Positions 12,016 to 24,805 are shown, counted from the first letter of the stretch. The stretch is DNA of 64,000 nucleotides from Marsupella aquatica (GCA_973895155.1 OZ316895.1:21464558-21528557); one strand, 5' to 3'. Numbers and translations are program-made. Notes: generated from the letters alone by a model not told the origin.

Positions 12016-12833
12016 AAAGGCAAGTGGGGGGAGCGTGAGGCTACGACCTCGTGTCGGCCCCAGGTGCGCCTTGGTCGGGAGGCCATTATGAGGGCCTCCC
12101 TCCCTCTTGGAGGGGAGGTACACCAGCCTACCGGGTCACGATAATTGCACATAATAATTATTATGACATTTAGGGTGTAAGATATCACTCCATACTGGTA
12201 TAATACACTTCATTATTTTCTTTATATCAGTGCACACCTTATATTAGTACATTTTGATTTGTGATTACCCGTAGGGAGCCTACCATAATCACTGTGCACC
12301 TGTTACTGCCCAAAGTATCTGCGACAAAAAGAGGTTAACTTATTACTAAAAGTGTTGCCATACTTTCATACAACAAGACTCGGCATAGGGACAGGTCATG
12401 TGAGTCCCCAGGCATAGGTATTGGTATCTAATCACCTATAGCCGTATAGGCGCACTGCTTTTCACACAAACCCCACCCAAAAGTGGGATTTAAACAAAGC
12501 TTGTGTGACACTTATAAAAGTGGGAGCCAGGTACTTGCTCTGAATGCTGCAAGGAGTGGCCGGCCTTTGTCCTACCCTCTTCGTCTTTCGGTGGGTGTGT
12601 CGGCTCGGGTTTCATGGCGGTGTCTGGTGGGTAGTTGGCTTTGGGTTTGTTGCGGGTTCTTGTGTGGAGGATGGTGCCTCTGAGGCCCCTATTTCTCCAT
12701 CTGAGATCCTTTCCTCGGGCCAGCTTGTATGCTCCCCTGTATACATTGCCGACAATCCCCCCTCCTCACTTTGACCTTGATGAGGATCCTCCCTTCTTTG
12801 TCACTGTGGATCCTCATATCCTTGGATTGAATC

Positions 12834-13120
12834 CTCGGGGGGTTGATTATCAAAAATCTTAGGAACCACGTGCGATCCAAAATAGGTATTTTTCATAGAA
12901 ATTAGTTAAATTTTTAAAAAGCGTAGAAAACAAAAGAAGGTAGTATAGACCAATATTTATAGAATATTCTCTAATATATACCTTTTATAAAGTAAAATAG
13001 GTCATTAATATTGAAAATAGAGAATATTTTTGGAATATTCCCATTATAGAATAGGTGTGTTTATATTAGGCTAGGATCACACGTGGTACCCCAAAATATA
13101 CACTAAGTTAATCCCCCGAG
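12834..13120 (+). mobile_element. MITE family A copy 5
   Basis: TSD ATTGAATC at 12826-12833 and 13121-13128. Confidence 0.97.
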
Positions 13121-13795
13121 ATTGAATCAAAATGTGCCCAAGAGATATACTTGCCTTTATAAATAGCAGATACAAGGTATTCACAACACCCAAGAAACTT
13201 ACTACACCTAATGTCATTATATAGTACATTACATAGAATACTTTTTGACCTGTAGCTCCTATATGCGAAATACATTGTTATGAGAACTTATTTACTTTTG
13301 CTATGTGCATTTTGAAGTGACATTTCTTTTTTCATTGGATTAATTTTATTTTTTCTTCCATTTGTTCTTACTCGTTTTTAAATCATGTTGGAGTGAAGAA
13401 AAGGGTGTGGAGAGGGAGGCAGTGGCTGGGAGGGAGGGAGCAAGTTCAAAAGGAGAGAAAGGGAGGGCGTGAGAAGAGGAAAAAAGAAAATACTTTCTCC
13501 CTCCACATAGTACGGAGCAACCATGCCTGGACCACGCAATTTCTTTGCCTTTCTTAATTCACTTTCTTCACCTGTATTTCTTCACCTTGCCTACATTCCT
13601 TGCCTTGCCTTGACATCTTTGCCTCACCTCGTCATCTTTTTCTCGCATCAATATCTTCTTTGCAACCCATGGGGATCAGGCTAGTGATTGTATGAATCTG
13701 CAATCAAGGAAAAGGAGATGTGACAGTGAGAGAAGAATGGAAACTAAAAACTTTGGCAATATTTGTAACTTATGAAGAGGAAGCGTTAGATAGAT

Positions 13796-15012
13796 TGCCT
13801 TTGGTATATCAAACCAAGAAGCATGCAATGGTTCTATTTGTTCATAGAATGTATACCATTTGAGGACCATGAAAGATTCAAGGATTTCTGCCTTTGGTAT
13901 ATCAAACCAAGAAGCATGCAATGGTTCTATTTTTTCATAGAATGTATACCATTTGAGGACCTTGAAAGGTTCAAGGATTTCTTTAGAGTGAGTGAAACTA
14001 CTTTTTATGCAATTTGTGAAATGGTGCAGGATGACATGGTGACCAACCCTCCTCTGAAATTCTGCTCATTGCCTACCTGGTAGTTCATTGTGGAGAGGCA
14101 AGTTGCAATTGCAGCTAGGAGGTTGGCAACAGGTAACCAATTCCTTGGCATTGGAGAGTTATTCTGAGTCTCTTGTAGTACAATTATCAAGGGTTACTTT
14201 GAAATTAACCAAATGGCCAGTTGCACCTGAATTGGATGAGGTGAAGTTGGAGTTTCTTGCATGGTGGGGATCCCCTAATTGTTTAGGTGCCATTGATGAC
14301 ACACATTTTCCACTAGAATTGCATGCATCTGAAAGAAGCCAAGGCTATTTTCATGTCCAAAACAAGCTATCTATTACAATGCAAATTATAGTGGTTGAAG
14401 CTGCGGTTTTTTAATGTGGTTGTCGGTTGGCCTGGAAATTTCCAGGATACTAGAATGTTAAGAGTTTCAACATTCTTTAGAGATGTAGAACATATAAGGA
14501 CAATATTCATGGCCTACAATATTTCTGCAATGATGATAGCTCTGTCTCTGAAATAATATATTTTGGGTGATGCTGGATACCCAAAATATCCTTGGCTAAT
14601 GGTACCCTTCACTCAAGGGTTCTATGATGAACATGATTGGTTTAATCATCAACACTCTTGTTAGGAATTGACTTGAGTTCCCGGCTTTAGTTAGTTTGGC
14701 CTTACTAGGGTCAGTTGACCCTTGGTTAGTTTAGGACAAGATCCACTTATTTAGGCTCACACGTCTAAGTCTCCCTGGGGGGGTGTAGGTTGGATCGAGG
14801 GGAGAGCATTCTCTCCCTCATTCTTCATATATACTTTCTCATGAGCTATGGATCCTTCATAAGTTTCTTGTCTTGTTGGTGTAGTGCAAGATTGAGTGCT
14901 CTCATGTTTCGCATTACTCTTTAGTTTGGAGCTGACGGTTTCTTACAACTCTCAAGCTAAGATGACAATAGTAAGAGCATTTGGACAATTGAAACGAATC
15001 TGACAAATTCTC
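13796..15012 (+). pseudogene. PIF/Harbinger DDE transposase (HARBI1/ALP1-like) pseudogene
   Basis: Motifs FKDFFRVSETTF, RQVAIAARRLATG, NCLGAIDDTHF, VGWPGNFQD, ILGDAGYP, WFNHQHS and RAFGQLKR, with stops and frameshifts. A 93-bp tandem duplication lies at 13796-13981. Confidence 0.9.
14659..14947. mobile_element. Solo LTR inserted in the Harbinger transposase
   Basis: TG...CA ends (TGTTAGG / TCTTACA) and a 5-bp TSD ACTCT on both sides. The transposase frame (HS-QAKMTIVRAFG) resumes after it. Confidence 0.85.
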
Positions 15013-16189
15013 AGCAGGATTGTGTGGAGACCCCAAAAGGACAGGGTTGATCCAATGATCTACTGCTAGTACATCCTTCATGATTTGTTGACTGACGGTG
15101 GAGAATTGATCAGGCCAGATCTGCTGCATGGTATCTTTAGCTCACCCTGACGGATACTCTGGTGTACATGTTCTCAGAAGGGAGTACATGGAAGGGGGTC
15201 AGGAGGCTAGAGAAAGATAATCTTTTAAACAAAGTTTGGATGTTGGACAGTGGATGAGGACATAGAAATATATGGTACAAAAGGAAATATGACATTGAAG
15301 TGAACACACTAGATGACTATTTCAGTGGGTTAGTATTCTAAGAATTGCTAGCCATATAAGCTAGTTTCTTTATGAGGATGTTAAATGCCAAATCCTTGCC
15401 ACCAGTGGCCGTGAACCTTACGTTCCCTACTGATAGTCATTCATAGGTCTCACTATTGCAATCCTTTCGATTCTAATCATGGCACAATTTAAATTACCCT
15501 AAACCCTAAACTAAATGGAGTACATCGACTGTCCACCCGAGGTCCATTGTTTCTTTTATGTGGAGTCCATCATACTGTCCAGGTAACAAAGCATGAACAA
15601 GGTGTCCTAGAATAGATATAGGTACAATGACCTCATTGTGCTTGATATATCTCCTGAACTGAAAGGCCTCCTACTAAGTCTCCTACACAATGATTCTAAG
15701 TCTACCAAAGGGCTTGGTCGGAGGGTTTTAAGTTTCGTAAACCCCTCCTGAATTTACTTATTTATATGTCTACACATGGTTATGAGGCACCCCCAGGTGA
15801 GGCCATGGAACCCTTGTGCCAGCCGGGCCTGGGGATTCTCAAGTTTGAATGAGAGATAAGGTAAACTCAGTGCAAGTGGCACACAATGATAAATGAGACT
15901 TTTGCAATGTAAAATTGAAAAGAATGGTTCAAAATGCATTTGGGCTTTACACTCGATAATTCACCCCCACTTGGGAATAATGGGCTATAACCCCCTTGAG
16001 CTTACAGCCCTCTAGGATTACATACATCCCAATTCCCCCTCTTGGGGATGGGTTACCCTACACATACTCCCCAGCTAGACTCATTGAGTCTCAAAATTTC
16101 AAAACTTTATGTGAACAAAGAGTGTGAGGGGTTACTCTTTCTAACCATGGCTTGTTCCCTCGGGCTCACTGCCCTGGGGGATTATAGCC

Positions 16190-17165
16190 CATAACCCCCT
16201 CTACGCCATGGGTTACCATACACCTTTCAAGGCAATGAAAAGGACACCGATGGAACCTGTCTCCAAAGTGCCATACCACATTGAGTGGCAGTGGCCGGTT
16301 TCCCTACCGACCATTGTGACTGGCAAACTGGGAATGACCAGTTTGCCTAGCAAATTAAGAACAAGGGAGGGAAAACAAAACACAAGCCTCCCCAAAACCT
16401 TCAGGATCACTGTCCTTGGGGATTATAAGTCCACAATCCCTTTGAGGCCATGGGTTACCCACACCTTTCAAGGCAAAAGAAAAGTAAACCTATGGAACCT
16501 GTCTCCAAATTGCAATACCACATCTAGTGGCAGTTCTACCGGTTCCCCTGCCGACCACCAGAACCGGCAAACCAGGAATGACTGGTTTGCCCAGCAACGA
16601 GCTGGGGAGGGAAAACAAAACACAAGCCTCCCCAAAACCCTTCAGGCTCACTGTCCTCAGGAATTATAGTCCATAACCCCCTCTAGGCAATGGGTAACCC
16701 TACACCTTTCAAGGCAAGGAAAAGAAAACCCATGGAACCTCTCTCCAAAGTGCCATACCACACTGAGTGGCAATTACCGGTTTCCCTGCAGACCATTGTA
16801 ACCGGCAAACCGGGAATGGCCAGTTCGCCCGACAAAGAGCAAGGGAGGGTAAGCAAAACGCAAGACTCCCCAAAACACTCACTGTCCTCACGGATTATAG
16901 GCCCATAATTCCCTCTAGGCCATGGGTTACCCACACCTTTCAAGGCAAAGGAAAATTAAACCCATGGAACCTGTCTCCAAATTGCAATAGCCCACCGAGT
17001 CGCAGTTCTACCAGTTTCCTGCCGAGTGCCGACCACCAGAACCGGCTAACCGGGCATGACCGGTTCGAGCGAGGGAGGGAAACCAAAACACCAGAACCGG
17101 CTAACCGGGAATGACCGGTTCGAGCGAGGGAGGGAAAACGAAACGCAAGCCTCTCCAAAACCCTC
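16190..17165. repeat. Tandem array of four ~240-bp units (A-B-A-B) just upstream of CCT7
   Basis: Units begin near 16206, 16448, 16688 and 16920 (CCATGGGTTACCCACACCTTTCAAGGCAA). An extra ~55-bp duplication lies at 17036-17140. Confidence 0.9.
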
Positions 17166-17379
17166 CCCCGCCCTATTTCTCGTTTCTTCGCCTCCGAGGC
17201 TCTCAAAGAAACTCCTCAACATAGTCTCGTCCTCCCTCGTTTTTTTCGTTGGCTTCTCTCACTCTGCCTCTCTCTCCCTCTCCATCTCTCCAACCGGATC
17301 GAAGGCGTCGCTCCCCCGCCTGTCACCGCTCGTCGCCTCGCTCCTTAAAGGAAATTGAGGCCTCCAGTTGATCCGCAAA

Positions 17380-20300
17380 ATGTCGAATATGCTGGTTTGT
17401 AGCTTGAGCCTCTCTGCATTGAGCAATTTGTTTTTGAGTCTCTGCCTCTCTTGTATTGTTGTTGTAGATATCCCCGATTCCTACTGTCTATGGTTTCCGG
17501 GTTCTCAGGATGGTGTCACCATTGAGAGTTTGTGTGCAAATGTGGATGCTGTTTTGAAATTCTGTTGTGCACTTGTCTCGTCGTCGTAGGTCATGAAATA
17601 GGAACATGATAGGAAACGCCAATTCGTGCTTTTCCGTGCCTCTCAGGTTCTTAGGTAGGGTACTGATGAATAGGAGCCAGGGAGAGAGCTCATTGGAATG
17701 TCTGTCACATTGGATTGCTTAGTGGAGGGATGGGGTCTGCAACCATAGATTCGGTTCTGTTATACTGTCTTTCGTAGGTTATGAAAGAGCAAGAGAGCGG
17801 AGGAGTCTGGATTTTTTGTCGCTCTTAGCTTTGGAGGGAAGTTTTTCATGACGAGTGAGGGGGAGATGTTGCTGCTATGTGTGTGACTTTGGAGTTTGTT
17901 GGATGGATGGGAGAGCAGCAACCTCAGATTATACTGTTGAAGGAGGGAACGGACACGACGCAAGGGAAGCCGCAGCTGATCAGCAACATCAATGCGTGCA
18001 TCGCCGTGGTGGACGCAGTGCGCAGCACTCTGGGGCCGCGCGGAATGGACAAGCTGATCCATAGCGACAAAGGAACCACCATATCAAACGATGGCGCCAC
18101 CATCATGAAGCTCCTGGATATTGTGCATCCCGCTGCCAAGATTCTGGTGGACATCGCTAAATCGCAGGACTCTGAGGTAGGCGCATACGTCAGTGATATT
18201 GATTTGACTGTCTTCCCAGCAGCTTGTATCAGAGCATTGCAGTAGTTCGGGATGGAGGAAATACGAGAAATGGCTGATGGGTTCATTCAACAATCTGTGT
18301 GAGCATAATAACTATGAGCATTACACGTTCCCGAATGCAGAAATGTATCAGTTCACATAAATACAAAGGACATTGAACAGACGTGTGTGAAAGGAATTTG
18401 TTTGCTAGTTGCTGTTGGGGTTTCGTCCTGGTTATTCCTTTCTGGTGAGTCTTGGCATTACGGAACGAATCGAGTCAATAACAAGCGGAGATTTGTTTCG
18501 AGGGTCGTTAACGCCGTATTAAATTATTATTTTTGGTTCGTAGAATTACATCAATTGAAGTGTCGCTCCGCACTGGTTCTTGACTGGAAATGCATTTCTG
18601 ATTGTGTAGGTCGGTGACGGAACCACAACAGTGGTCTTGCTTGCTGGAGAGTTCCTGCGAGAGGCAAAACCCTTCGTTGAAGATGGCGTCCACCCACAGC
18701 TGATCATTCGTAGCTTCCGTGCCGCAGCTCATTTGGTCGGATCTTCATCTCAGCAACCGAAAGTTCTCTGCCGTAGCGTTTTGCTGGCTTGGCTGTAACT
18801 GAACTTCTTAGGTGAACTGTTTCGCTGCTAAACTGTGGCCTCTCAATCGTGAGCAATTCCTGACTGTCATTGTTGTGGTTTTGGATTTGGTTGGCAGGCT
18901 GTTAAGAAGGTTAAAGAGCTCGCCGTTAGCATAGAAGGGAAGAGTCACGAAGAAAAGAAGAGTCTACTAGAGAAATGTGCCGCAACCACATTGAGCTCAA
19001 AGCTTGTTGGAGGAGAGAAAGAGTTTTTCGCCAAGATGGTTGTTGATGCAGTGACTATGCTTGGTGAAGATAGCCGCTTGAATATGTTAGGAATGAAAAA
19101 GGTACTGCCGAAATTTCCAAGTCTTTTCCAAACCACCCGCATCACCAACCTGCCCTCATTTTCTAATCTTTGCCTTGACTGGGTTTCTGACAAATGATTC
19201 AGCTGGCTGTCGTTCACTAGAGCAGTCTTTCAGAGTCATGAAGCAGGTCTTCTGTGCTTCCTTCCATCATGAAGAGGGGCTTCAATGTTGCGCTTGTATT
19301 GTGGTCTTTTACAGACCAGCGACTGCTCAGAAGTAAAATGGAAATAGTCTTGCTTTCTGTGACATCTTTCTCACATGTAGTGTCTGAGACGGGTTGACGG
19401 CCTGGTGCAAGATGTCGAGCTAGGAATGCTGCATCCACTTTGAAGTGTTTCTGCTTCTAACAGATTGTACCTGTGTTTTGCAGGTTCAAGGAGGGACGAT
19501 GCGCGACTCCTTTCTGGTAAAGGGGGTGGCTTTTAAGAAGACATTTTCTTACGCTGGATTTGAGCAGCAACCAAAGCAGTTTGACAACCCGAAGATTTTA
19601 ATCCTGAACTTGGAGCTAGAGTTAAAATCAGAGAAGGAAAATGCTGAAGTCAGGTACTTTTCGCTGTTTGGATAGCAACATCTGCATTTCTTGGCTTGCT
19701 TCTAATTTTGATACTAAGTTACTTGATCGATTGTTTGCACCGCTACAATCTTGCTCTCGTTGTTTTCCAGCTAATCATATTTGCTTTCTTGCGTGTGGAT
19801 TTGAATTGATGTCATCCCGTAGATCACTTTCTGTGCTATGAGATTTGACGTCAGTCCAGCTAGGTTACGAGAGGGAAGATGTTCTAATGCAGTTCTGCCT
19901 ATCCAGGTTATCCGATCCTCTGCAATATCAATCTATTGTTGACGCAGAGTGGAATATAATCTACGACAAGCTGGATAAATGTGTGAAGAGTGGGGCCAAG
20001 ATTGTACTGTCTCGACTTGCAATTGGAGATCTAGCCACCCAGGTTTGCTAAAAACCACTTGTCTTGCTCATATCTATCCTGTCCATTACCGGTCACTGAA
20101 GAATTTACGTAAAGGAGTATAGGTGCATTTGAAAAAATCTGTCGATTTAGCCTTCTCTCTGTTGGATGATCTGACTCATATTGTTGTCCCCCATTCTGCA
20201 GTATTTTGCAGACCGAGATGTATTCTGCGCTGGGCGTGTTATGGAAGAGGATTTAAATCGCATCGCGAATGCTACCGGTGGTTCAGTTCAAACCACTGTG

Positions 20301-23017
20301 AATAATGTCGTTCCTGAGGTAAGAGCATGTCCGATGATTTAAGCTAGTGTTACTGCATCGTTTACTTGCCATTTCGAAGAAGATGCGCTTCAGGGGTAGA
20401 TTCAGAAGTGGGTATGGCATGTGTCGTCTTAGATGGAAGTGAATTTTGTGAACTGCGTTTTCCACGGAACTAAATACTCGTTTTCTCAAGTCGACTGCTG
20501 CAAGATTTTGATTTCCTTTGCATGGCCGGAATTTTGTCCAGGTCCTTGGCTACTGCGAGAAGTTTGAGGAAAGGCAGGTCGGCAATGAGAGGTTCAATAT
20601 CTTTAGTGGATGTCCAGCTGGACATACTGCTACCATTGTCTTGAGGGGTGGTGCAGACCAGGTGCCATTCTGATCTATGGTGCCGAAGTTGCAAATATGA
20701 TGAAGTTTGATGGAAGTGATTGTAATCTGAATGACCTAAATTTGAAGTAGGTGTAGTCAGGGATGACTATTGGCAGCGTACATTGTATTGCACGTGAATG
20801 CTCGCTACTTTTGGCTAAGATTAATACGCAGATCCTGATTTGGTTCCTATCTTCACTGGATGATTTTCGCTTCTGGTTGTTCGCGTATCTGTATGAACCA
20901 TTTCTGGTCTAGTTGGCCCTCTTAATCATGACAAGTAGCAACTATTTTTCGAGCGCTATAGTACCATCCTCCAGGATGACGAGACACTGGTTGTGTTTGA
21001 TTTTGGTACCAGTTCATTGAAGAAGCGGAACGGAGTTTACACGATGCAATCATGATCGTAAGAAGAGCCCTGAAGAATTCAACTGTAGTTGCAGGTGGAG
21101 GAGCCATCGATGTAAGTAACTGACTCAAGGCAGTGTCTGATACTGGTCCGTACATGAACGAATTCGAAGTCCCGCTTGACACATTAGTCATGGGACTGGC
21201 GAAGTAGAACGGTCTCTTGATATAATTACAGAAGTCATCTTCTCGAATAATTACATACGAAAGAATAAGAACCCGTCCATAGAATTGGATTTCAGGGTTT
21301 GTTATTGGTTATGGACTAATTCTTTACTGGAAAGGTGTGAGTGGTCATGGCTTTTGTATGATATGTACTAGGTGCTACCAGTAAAAAATATTTGCCCAAT
21401 CAATTTAGTAATAAACTCATACTTGTTTGGTTGGGCTGGTTGGGGCTTGGGAAACGAATTCTGTGAAAGACGATAGTATGCCATGGACTAGAAGTACTCT
21501 GGCAAAGTGTGGACGAATGCGTTCCATCTGGAGTGGTAGATTAAGTAAGAAGAGTTGCGCAAACGTGTGATTATTCATATACTAATTTGTTGCAAGTGTA
21601 GATTTCTGTTGCTTATTGGAAGAGACCTTCTCATTGTAGATGGAGATAAGCCGATACTTGCGACAACATGCACGTACAATTGCAGGGAAGTCGCAATTGT
21701 TCATCAATTCATACGCAAAGGCCTTCGAGGTACAGTAATTTGGCAGTCCTGATCTTCCTAAGTTGTCTTTTTGTTTTTGCTGTCCAATCTATATACATTT
21801 ATGCATGCCCATGATATCCTTGAGTGACACCCATATTTTCAGAAGTAGAAGAGATTGTTGTGCCGAGTTTAAAATGTTTTCTCTTGCTAACATACAGGTT
21901 ATTCCCCGCCAACTTTGTGACAATGCTGGATTTGATGCCACGGACGTACTTAACAAGCTTCGTCAAAAGCACGCCCTAGCTAGTGGTAAACTTCTTGGAG
22001 TTTGTGCGATCAGTGAACCGTGATGGCTTTCTGCTGTCCTGAGCGTCTGAGGCCCTATGCTGAGTTGGGTTGTTTATCCAAGTGATGCTGATTTTGAAAA
22101 AATGATATCGTAGATTGATCGTCTCTCTTGATGCGGATTTCAGTAATTGATGTGTGGGAAATGTTGCTCATGGTTCTCGAATGTGATTTTCCTGACTTTA
22201 AAAGACAAGTGTTATTAAAGTTCGTGGTTTTTGCAGGTGAGGGTGCTCTTTATGGCGTTGAAATTAATGCCGGTGGGATTGTTGATACTTACGCTAGTTT
22301 TATCTGGGAACCTGCAGTTGTCAAGGTATTCAACCAAGAATTGATACTCTTTTTATAGCTTGAGGGTCTGCACCTGCCAGAATGAATGCCAACCTCTGTC
22401 AATGTTCTTAGAGACTATTCTTAGGACTATGGTTTCAAATGTCCTGAGAATTCAGGATCGAAAGTATGCAAATAAAGCAAGAACTTGGTCACCCATAAAA
22501 AAGAGGTTTATGTTGGACTCTTGGGTGACTGGCAAACCTTGCGAGTTGAGATTTGCTATCAACAGTGGGATGGTAGGTAGCTGAGATGAACCCTGACCAA
22601 GTGGTTCTCTTCCTTTCCAGATCAATGCAATCACAGCAGCGACAGAAGCAGCATCTTTGATTCTTAGTGTTGATGAGACTGTTCGAAACCCAAAGGTGAG
22701 TATTCTCTTCGGTAATGGTCTGAATGAGTATCACTTCCAGGTTTTGACTGGAATTTGATTCTTGTCTTTGATAACCCTGTCCATTAAAATGCAGTGAGGT
22801 CACTGTGAGGGTATCTGTGCTCACTCCAACTTGCAACCGTGCATTATTGTGGATCTTGCTTTCTAAACTCACAGTAATGTTGTTTTCCCATGTTGGATAT
22901 TTGCAGTCGGAGAGTGCAGATGGACAAGGAGCTGCGAATGCAATGGCCGGCAGGGGCCGTGGCCGTGGGGGTGGTGGCATGATGCCTGGCAGAGGACGGG
23001 GGATGCGCAGACGATAG
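17380..23017 (+). CDS. CCT7: T-complex protein 1 subunit eta (CCT/TRiC), 14 exons, ~565 aa
   Basis: Exons 17380-17394, 17919-18176, 18610-18735, 18898-19101, 19484-19653, 19907-20042, 20202-20318, 20542-20661, 21013-21111, 21640-21729, 21898-21985, 22237-22325, 22621-22695, 22907-23017. All introns are GT-AG and phase-consistent. Motifs [41 protein letters not shown] and an RG-rich tail. Confidence 0.97.
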
Positions 23018-24220
23018 TCATCCGGACTCATAAAATTACGTCCCTGAAGTGTACTTTTATCTTGCATATAAGTGAGGAACTTCTCGAAAGTCTTGTTTCC
23101 ATATTTTGAGATGGACCTCCTCTCTTATCTACTCGTAGGTTTTTAGACAGTTTTGCCAGGAATAGTGATCAATTGGAGTACGACTTTGTCTTCAAAGAAG
23201 GTAGACGAAAGTAACTGGCCTTGCCAGGAAGTGTGAATCTGAAGGACCTCCTAGTTCGATCTCTTTTGAGATTCCATCGCTGCAATGTAACACGGTCCTC
23301 AGATATCTTCTTAACCAGAAAGCTAATACACCCGGCTCCTTATCCTGCTCGTTGGGCCTTTACCTCAGTGCGATGCCTCATGAATTGTAGGGCTCCGAAA
23401 TATTTGCCAGGAATCTGGAAAGAGTCTAATTCTGTGTCAAGCAATCTGGCGTAGCTTCTCCTAACATAATCCTTTCCAGCTTACTGTATTTGCGCCAGTC
23501 CTACGGACGCCAGTACTTCCCTTTGGTCATATATTGGAGCAGAGGTCACTGTAGTCCTGAGTTGGAGATTGTTCTCTGCGGAAATTGTCTCGGCTGTTGA
23601 GTCAATCGTACTGTTCGACATCCGAACATGGTATTGATGGACATCGGCCCTAAACGAGGGAAGCCAGAGCGAGATCAAGGTTGAGTGAAGTGTTGGACTT
23701 ACAGAATCGATTCTGTAGGTGACGCCCGTGTGAGCGCAGCTGTGGACTGAGAAAGCTGACCTGATCTGAATTCCTGGAGCCTGTAATTCACTGCAGTACA
23801 AGCGGGTACGAGGCGAGAAAGAGCTGAGAACTGTGAGCTACGCTGGAGAAATACACATCAGCTTAGAAACAACAGCGCTGTTTTAGAAGTCGGTCAAGCA
23901 CAGTTGTGTGCTTTGTTCCGTTATGGTCCGGGGTCAGACATCTTTCAGGACAGCAAGAGTTCGGTTGTGACAGAAATCCTTGTTAGTGCAAGCTTGTAAT
24001 CTTTGTGTGAGGCTGGGTGACTATAAGAAAGCTATTTCATGGATAACGGTGCTGATAAACTTCATCGATTTGTAAACAAACTCCAAAGAGATAACTTTCG
24101 CTCAAGTTATTCGGATTCCATCGGGAGCCGAGTACAATAAGCACACGCTTGTCATATTTCTCACCTACCTCTCACATGTCTCGCCCTCCATACTGACTGC
24201 ATCATCACGATATCAATAAG

Positions 24221-24695
24221 AGCAGAATTTAAGCTTCCGCTAGACACCATATGTCGCTTCCACACTGAAGGCACTCTGACGATAGTTCAATCGGAGCAGA
24301 ATTTAAGCTTCCGCTCGACCGCATTTGTCGCTTCATCACGAATCCTAGCAGAGCGCAGGGCAGAGCAGAGCTGAAGCTTCTGCCAGACAGCATTTCACCC
24401 TTCCACACTGAATGCACATCACGAAATTTCAATCGCAGCAAAAATTAAGCTTCCGTTAGATGAGACACTCCATTATTCTGTCACTTCTACACTAAGTGCA
24501 ACAACACTTTTACTTCAATTGGAGCAGAATTTAAGCTTCGGCTAGACAGCATTTGTTCTTTCCACACTGAATGCCATCATCGCAGAGAGAAATCAAGCTT
24601 CTTCTAAGCCAGGACACACCATGATTTTGTCACTTCTACACTGAATTCATATCATCACGACTTCAATCGAAGGAGAATTCAAGCTTTCCGCTCGT
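24221..24695. repeat. Degenerate minisatellite, seven ~60-90-bp units each anchored on AGCAGAATTTAAGCTTCCG
   Basis: Anchors at ~24221, 24295, 24364, 24437, 24523, 24585 and 24671, with a recurring TTC(C/T)ACACTGAA. Confidence 0.8.
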
Positions 24696-24805
24696 TAGCC
24701 TATCGAGCCTCTCTCACCTGCAGACTGTCACCGCCATACCTGATCGTGATCGAAGAAACACCCAAAGTTGTCTCTCCCTGTGAGAGAGGAAGAGCAAAAT
24801 TTAAG

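Noticed and set aside
12030-12140. SRP (7SL) RNA suggested by GCGTGAGGCT in GC-rich sequence
   Set aside because: The rest of the conserved SRP domain (GGTTTCACAGAGCAGC) is absent.
15497-15510. Interstitial telomeric repeat (CCCTAAA x2)
   Set aside because: Only two units, which is common background in plant genomes.
16208-17358. Several 60-150-aa ORFs upstream of CCT7
   Set aside because: They are translations of the tandem array on both strands with no recognisable domain.
22489-23067. 192-aa minus-strand ORF and other antisense ORFs over CCT7, GT31 and the transporter
   Set aside because: These are shadow frames of real exons and introns with no independent coding evidence.
24221-24695. 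CRISPR-like repeat-spacer array
   Set aside because: Repeats are degenerate, the spacers resemble each other, there are no cas genes and the context is eukaryotic. It is a minisatellite.
24200-24700. tRNA-linked box C/D snoRNA cluster
   Set aside because: GTGATGA box-C-like motifs occur on the minus strand, but paired CTGA D boxes and terminal stems were not found.
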